NCBI GenBank assembly: GCA_965277405.1
Contig: OZ255726.1
Location: 1,888,001-1,952,000, forward strand
DNA from: Gammaproteobacteria bacterium
GTDB taxonomy: Bacteria > Pseudomonadota > Gammaproteobacteria > G965277405
Reading direction: 5' to 3'
DNA length: 64,000 bases
The translations under genes and the position numbers were made by a program. Position 1 is the first letter of the stretch, and each line of letters begins with the position of its first letter. This document shows, one piece after another, positions 59,158 through 64,000 of this stretch. Below the pieces are notes generated by a model that saw only the letters and a program-made list of their open reading frames with translations, did not search any database and had not been told where the DNA came from.

Positions 59158-59778
59158 ATGGCGCATCCATTTATGGAATCATCGGTATTACCCAGCGGCA
59201 TAACCGCAAAAAAAACCCCGCGAAAAATCATTCTGGCTACCTTACAACAAATCAGCAGCAACGGTATCAGCTCACTCACTACCCAGCAAATTAGCAAGCA
59301 GGCTAAGGTCTCGACAGGGCTTATCCACCATTATTTTGCTACCAAGGAAAACTTGTTGTACTCGGCATTTGTATATTTAATCGATGATATTAGCAATCGG
59401 GTGAAAACAATCACATCGTCACCGAGTAATACGCCGATTGAGAATTTGCGGCGGTTATTATTTTTGAATTTTGAAGATTTTCAAGGCTCACAAGAGGCTG
59501 GGAATGTATGGTTGCAATTTTGGACGCATGCGCAATACGACACCCGCACCAAACGGCTATACATAGTCTTCAATCGACGCTTTCGCAGCAATCTTGCGTA
59601 TACATTGCAACTGCTTAGCCCAAATAACCGCTGCAGTAACATCTCCCAAGCGACGCTACTGATGGCTGGACTGCATGGCATTTGGCTAGAATACCAACAT
59701 TCCTCACTGGTGCGCTCCCGCGAGGAAGCACTTGGGCTGCTAGACCAACTTATTTCTAACACAACGGATTATTCATGA
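59158..59778 (+). CDS. betI: BetI-like TetR regulator
   Basis: TetR HTH (VSTGLIHHYF.TKENLL), W..FW, RL......R.RSNL, GIWL; start uncertain. Confidence 0.8.
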   Translation: MAHPFMESSVLPSGITAKKTPRKIILATLQQISSNGISSLTTQQISKQAKVSTGLIHHYFATKENLLYSAFVYLIDDISNRVKTITSSPSNTPIENLRRLLFLNFEDFQGSQEAGNVWLQFWTHAQYDTRTKRLYIVFNRRFRSNLAYTLQLLSPNNRCSNISQATLLMAGLHGIWLEYQHSSLVRSREEALGLLDQLISNTTDYS

Positions 59779-60746
59779 GCAATTTACACGCATCATCCAT
59801 CGTAATCGATGGGTTAATCATCGCAAAATGGACACGAGAAGTGTTTGAAGATATGCACAAAGGCGGGCTTACCGCTGCAAATTGCACCGTCTCTGTCTGG
59901 GAGGGCTTTCAAGCTACGGTGAATAACATTGCCGCAATGAATAAAAAAATATCAGAGAACAGTGATATTTTGATGAAAGTTCGCACTACAGCAGACGTGC
60001 ATACCGCAAAAGCTAACAACAAAACTGGGATTATCATGGGATTTCAAAACGCCCATGCCTTTGAAGACCAACTAGGCTATGTGCAGGTGTTCAAAGAACT
60101 CGGCGTCGGAATTATCCAAATGGCGTATAATACCCAAAATTTAGTTTGTACAGGGTGCTATGAAAAAGACGGAGGGCTTGCTGATTATGGTCGTGACATC
60201 GTCGCCGAAATGAACCGTGTTGGCATTATGTGTGATTTATCACACGTTGGCGCGCAGAGTTCACGTGATATCATCGCAACCTCAACCAAGCCTGTGTGTT
60301 ATTCACATTGCCTGCCAGCAGGGTTAAAAAAGCACCCACGCAATAAGTCTGATGAAGAGCTACGGTTTATTGCCAAACACCATGGGTTTGTCGGAGTGAC
60401 CATGTTCCCACCGTTCCTGCCCAAAGGTATACACTCCACTGTTCATGATTATGTGGCAGCAATTGACTATGTGATTAACTTGGTTGGCGAAGACATGGTT
60501 GGTATCGGTACTGATTTTACCCAAGGACATGATCGCGAGTTTTTTGACTGGATTACCCACGACAAAGGCAATGGACGCCAGCTAACTGAATTCGGAGAAA
60601 TTATAAATCCAGCAGGGTTAAGGGTTATTGGCGATTTTCCTAATCTTACTGATGCGTGTTTGCAGGCGGGGTGGAGCGAACGTAAAACAGAAAAAATAAT
60701 CGGGGAAAACTGGTTGAATGTATTAACAGAAGTATGGGGTAGCTAA
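59775..60746 (+). CDS. M19 membrane-dipeptidase-family protein of the dgc cluster
   Basis: IVIDGLII.KW.R..FEDM.KGGLTAANCTVSVWE, MCDLSHVG, HPRNKSDEEL, GIGTDFTQG. Confidence 0.88.
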   Translation: MSNLHASSIVIDGLIIAKWTREVFEDMHKGGLTAANCTVSVWEGFQATVNNIAAMNKKISENSDILMKVRTTADVHTAKANNKTGIIMGFQNAHAFEDQLGYVQVFKELGVGIIQMAYNTQNLVCTGCYEKDGGLADYGRDIVAEMNRVGIMCDLSHVGAQSSRDIIATSTKPVCYSHCLPAGLKKHPRNKSDEELRFIAKHHGFVGVTMFPPFLPKGIHSTVHDYVAAIDYVINLVGEDMVGIGTDFTQGHDREFFDWITHDKGNGRQLTEFGEIINPAGLRVIGDFPNLTDACLQAGWSERKTEKIIGENWLNVLTEVWGS

Positions 60747-61276
60747 TGAAACCGAAAATTCCAATTTCAGTTGATGAAGCCACAGGAATCTGGACAACAG
60801 ATGACCTGGCAATGATGTATGTGCCGCGGCACTTTTTTAATAACTTGCACCTTGGTATCGAAGAAGCCTTGGGACATGAAAAATACTCGCAGTCGTTGTT
60901 CAAATCAGGGCATAAATCTGCTTATTATTGGTGCGACCAAGAAGCACAAACGCATGATCTTGAGGGTGTTGGATGTTTTGAACACTATCTGGAACGGCTG
61001 TCGCTGCGCGGTTGGGGGCAATTTTCTTTTGCACAACAAGATATTATCGAACAAGGAACTGCTCAAGTTGCGGTACGACAGAGTGTTTTTACCTTACACC
61101 AGCAAGACTTTGAGCTGGAGGCAACGGCTGCGACCTGCTTTATGTATGCAGGTTGGTTTGCCGGCGCCGCAGATTGGGTGATGCGCGACAGCGGAATTAT
61201 CCACGAAAGTTATGAAAGCCAATGTCAAAGCGTAACTGGTGGAGAAAGCTGTATTTTTACAATTACCCGCGTATGA
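60746..61276 (+). CDS. V4R/DUF5943 hydrocarbon-binding protein of the dgc cluster
   Basis: PI.VD..TG.WTTD.L.M.YVPRHFF.N.H, LS.RGWG.F, MYAGWFAGA, E.QC. Confidence 0.85.
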   Translation: MKPKIPISVDEATGIWTTDDLAMMYVPRHFFNNLHLGIEEALGHEKYSQSLFKSGHKSAYYWCDQEAQTHDLEGVGCFEHYLERLSLRGWGQFSFAQQDIIEQGTAQVAVRQSVFTLHQQDFELEATAATCFMYAGWFAGAADWVMRDSGIIHESYESQCQSVTGGESCIFTITRV

Positions 61277-63318
61277 GTTACGAACACCTTTTCCAACCAA
61301 TAACACTGAATACAATTACGCTTAAAAACCGTATTATATCGACAGCACACGCCGAGGTATATGCCGATAACGGCGCACCCAACGAACGCTATATCCGCTA
61401 TTACGAGGAAAAAGCCAAAGGCGGGTTGGGGCTGGCAATTTGTGGTGGCTCAAGCCCAGTATCCCGCGATAGTCCAGCTATTTGGTGGAAATCTATCGAC
61501 CTTTGCCGCGATACAGTTATTGAGCCATTGCACCAATTGGCAGAAGCCATGCACAAACATGGCGCAAAAATAATGATTCAAGCCACGCATATGGGACGCA
61601 GAAATGCCTATCCAGGTGGCGATTGGCCATATTTATTAACCTCGAGCGGCATCCGCGAGCCAGTGCATCGAGGTGTTGCCAAGGCCATTGAACTGCATGA
61701 AATAAAGCGAATTATTGCAGACTTTGCGCGCGCCGCAAAGCGGGTACAAGCTTCAGGGTTAGACGGTATAGAAATCAGCGCAGCCCATCAGCATTTGATC
61801 GATCAATTTTGGAGTAAACGCACCAATCTGCGTACTGATGAATATGGTGGTAGCCTGAAAAACAGAATGCGCTTTGGTTTTGAAGTGCTCGAAGCCATCC
61901 GCGAACAAGTAGGTGCAGACTTTTGTATGGGAATCCGTATTTGTGGTGATGAGTTTCATGAAAATGGTCTGAGTCATGAAGATTTAAAAGAGATTGCCCA
62001 GATCCTCAGCGACAGCAAAATGGTTGATTTTATATCAGTTATTGGTTCAGGAGCCGACACCCACAATACTTTGGCAAACTGCATGCCACCGATGCAATTA
62101 CCACCAGAGCCATTTGTCCATCTCGCCGCAGGAATCAAGTCGGTTGTATCCATTCCGGTGATGCATGCACAAGGAGTGCGCGACCCAAACCAAGCCGAAC
62201 GCCTGCTACGCGAAGGCATGGTCGATATTGTCGGCATGACGCGGGCGCAAATTGCTGATCCACATTTTGTCAACAAAGTTCGTGAAGGCAAAGAGATGCA
62301 AATCAAGCAATGCGTCGGCGCGAATTATTGTATCGACCGCCAATATTTGGGGCAGGACGTGTTATGTGTGCAAAACGCGGCAACATCGCGCGAAGAAACA
62401 ATGCCGCATATCATCAGCAAAGGCGATAAAAAACGCAAAACAGTCGTCGTCGGCGCCGGTCCAGCAGGGCTTGAGGCAGCAAGGGTAGCAACGCTACGCG
62501 GCAATGATGTGGTGTTGTTTGAAAAGCACGATAAAGTTGGTGGACAGGTAAACATTGCCGCATTGGCCCCGCAGCGCGACCAAATGGGTGGAATTATTCG
62601 CTGGTTTGACTTAGAACTGCAGCGCCTTGGTGTTGATGTCCGCACCAATACAGCTGCAGATGTAGCGCTGATTTTAGCTGAAAATCCAGATATTGTAGTG
62701 TTAGCCACAGGCGGCGAGCCCAACTTGCAGGAATGGGGCTTTGACGACGGCTTATGCGTGAGTGCGTGGGATATTTTGCGCGGTGATGTCGCACTCAAAA
62801 AAAATGTGTTGGTGTATGATGTGTTTGGACAATGGACCGGCGCAGGGTGTGCGGATTTTGCCGCACGCAAGCAATCACTCGTTGAGTTTGTTACCCCAGA
62901 CCCAAAAGTTAATGATGACGTAGGCGGGACGACATTCCCGATTATGTACCGCAGTTTATATGCACATAATGTGATAATGACCCCAAACTTTTGGCTGACA
63001 AAAGTATACCAAGAAGACGGAAAGCTGGTCGCCCAACTGCAAAACGAATACACCGAAGCAGTCGAAGAACGCGAAGTAGACCAAGTGATTATGGAAAACG
63101 GCACTCGACCCGACGAAACGTTGTATTTTGCGCTCAAACCGCAATCTATCAACAACGGAGAAATTGACATTGACGCATTGTATGACGCGCAACCACAGCC
63201 AGCACTTGCTGCAGCCGCCACAGACGGTTTTCTACTCTACCGTATCGGCGAGGCAAACTGTCCGCGCAATATACACGGGGCAATTTACGACGCGTTGCGG
63301 CTGTGCAAAGATTTCTAA
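61273..63318 (+). CDS. dgcA: Dimethylglycine demethylation protein DgcA (OYE-family flavoprotein)
   Basis: STAHAEVYA, YYEEKAKGG, MIQ.THMGRR, HQHLIDQFWS, CVGANYCIDRQY.G.DVLCVQN, RNIHGAIYDALRLCKDF; ATGA overlap at 61273. Confidence 0.9.
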   Translation: MSYEHLFQPITLNTITLKNRIISTAHAEVYADNGAPNERYIRYYEEKAKGGLGLAICGGSSPVSRDSPAIWWKSIDLCRDTVIEPLHQLAEAMHKHGAKIMIQATHMGRRNAYPGGDWPYLLTSSGIREPVHRGVAKAIELHEIKRIIADFARAAKRVQASGLDGIEISAAHQHLIDQFWSKRTNLRTDEYGGSLKNRMRFGFEVLEAIREQVGADFCMGIRICGDEFHENGLSHEDLKEIAQILSDSKMVDFISVIGSGADTHNTLANCMPPMQLPPEPFVHLAAGIKSVVSIPVMHAQGVRDPNQAERLLREGMVDIVGMTRAQIADPHFVNKVREGKEMQIKQCVGANYCIDRQYLGQDVLCVQNAATSREETMPHIISKGDKKRKTVVVGAGPAGLEAARVATLRGNDVVLFEKHDKVGGQVNIAALAPQRDQMGGIIRWFDLELQRLGVDVRTNTAADVALILAENPDIVVLATGGEPNLQEWGFDDGLCVSAWDILRGDVALKKNVLVYDVFGQWTGAGCADFAARKQSLVEFVTPDPKVNDDVGGTTFPIMYRSLYAHNVIMTPNFWLTKVYQEDGKLVAQLQNEYTEAVEEREVDQVIMENGTRPDETLYFALKPQSINNGEIDIDALYDAQPQPALAAAATDGFLLYRIGEANCPRNIHGAIYDALRLCKDF

Positions 63319-63589
63319 CGGTATAAATATCCGAGTTTTACCTATCAGCATAACTACTAGCAATCGCCTGCGGATGGATGTAAGGGGTTGCAGATAGCTG
63401 TGGGCTTGCAGATAGCTGTATGGCTACCAATCACCCTGCAGCGTTACCACCGCGCCAGCAGTGTACCGCGCCAGCAGTGTTTTGCTGCACAATAAATTTG
63501 CTATCATAATTTGTAAATACACCGCAATATGTTGTTGCACTTCAAATTTTGACCAATAAGATGAAATTCAAGGGGCATAACAATTGTAA

Positions 63590-63876
63590 GGAACATCTGC
63601 TTAAGCCCATGATGGGCGAGACGGGGCAAAACGCTATGATTGCTTAAGCGCAGTGCGTAGCTAATATTATGCGTAGCTAATATTGGAGGGTATTAGCAAA
63701 TTCAGTAACGGCGTTAGCGCAGCGTTGTTTCCTAGCCACTGTTCAATATACCGATGGTTTGCGGCATTGCAGTACTTGCTGTGTTGCATTCTTTGGCATA
63801 TATGCTACGCAATACGCCTTGCAATCGGCAGAATTGCTAACAAATTTGCTCCATCAGCAACTTAAGCAGCAGTCCC
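63590..63876 (-). mobile_element. Full-length, diverged MITE copy (reverse orientation)
   Basis: GGAACATCTGCTTAAGCCCATGATGGGCGAGACGG... to ...CCATCAGCAACTTAAGCAGCAGTCC; interior matches the reverse complement of 24141-24427. Confidence 0.82.
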
Positions 63877-63940
63877 CAGGTCTCTGTGTATAGGGGCTGA
63901 ATACTTAGCAAAAAAAACAGTTCACATCAGGAGGACAATC

Positions 63941-64000
63941 ATGCTGTACAGTTACAAATCTATCAAAACCATGGCGTGCATCGTATTTGCGGCGGCACTC
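63941..64000 (+). CDS. Start of a probable exported protein (truncated by the window edge)
   Basis: AGGAGG SD, then MLYSYKSIKTMACIVFAAAL, a signal-peptide-like start. Confidence 0.5.
   Translation, partial: MLYSYKSIKTMACIVFAAAL

Noticed and set aside
62325-63221. Long antisense ORFs (e.g. 62325-63221, 8028-8699, 28018-28575)
   Set aside because: These are shadow frames opposite well-supported genes and have no recognisable motifs.

Overview
64-kb stretch of a gammaproteobacterial chromosome. It carries housekeeping genes in Pseudomonadales/Oceanospirillales-like mini-clusters (rluD-pgeF, crcB-serS, pyrC-rnt, trmD-rplS-dsbC, surE-DUF368-nlpD), but these are heavily shuffled and trimmed, which suggests a host-associated, reducing genome (inference). 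Between the core genes lie several accessory elements. (i) An apparently unannotated ~290-bp MITE family with IS5-like ends GGAAGCTCTRATTAAGTC is present as about ten full, partial or TIR-only copies; these sit at operon breakpoints and bracket foreign-looking genes (multicopper oxidase, SbmA/BacA-like transporter). (ii) Two IS630 remnants bracket an LTA-synthase-family gene. (iii) There is a VapBC-type TA pair. (iv) A TRAP transporter is followed by decayed ltnD/otnK tetronate genes. (v) An AT-rich type I R-M island (hsdM-hsdS-rhuM-hsdR-M48) is preceded by an IS1595 remnant and an 8-bp SSR. (vi) A ~2.5-kb mini integrative element carries a frameshifted tyrosine integrase, an AlpA/Xis-like gene, a P2 C-like repressor with twin palindromic operators, a structured leader and a string of micro-ORFs missed by the ORF track. 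(vii) A BetI-like regulator with a candidate operator heads dimethylglycine-catabolism genes. A TPP riboswitch precedes a thiamine-binding protein at the left edge. No rRNA, tRNA or CRISPR array was seen. All homology calls come from motif recognition by eye, not database searches.
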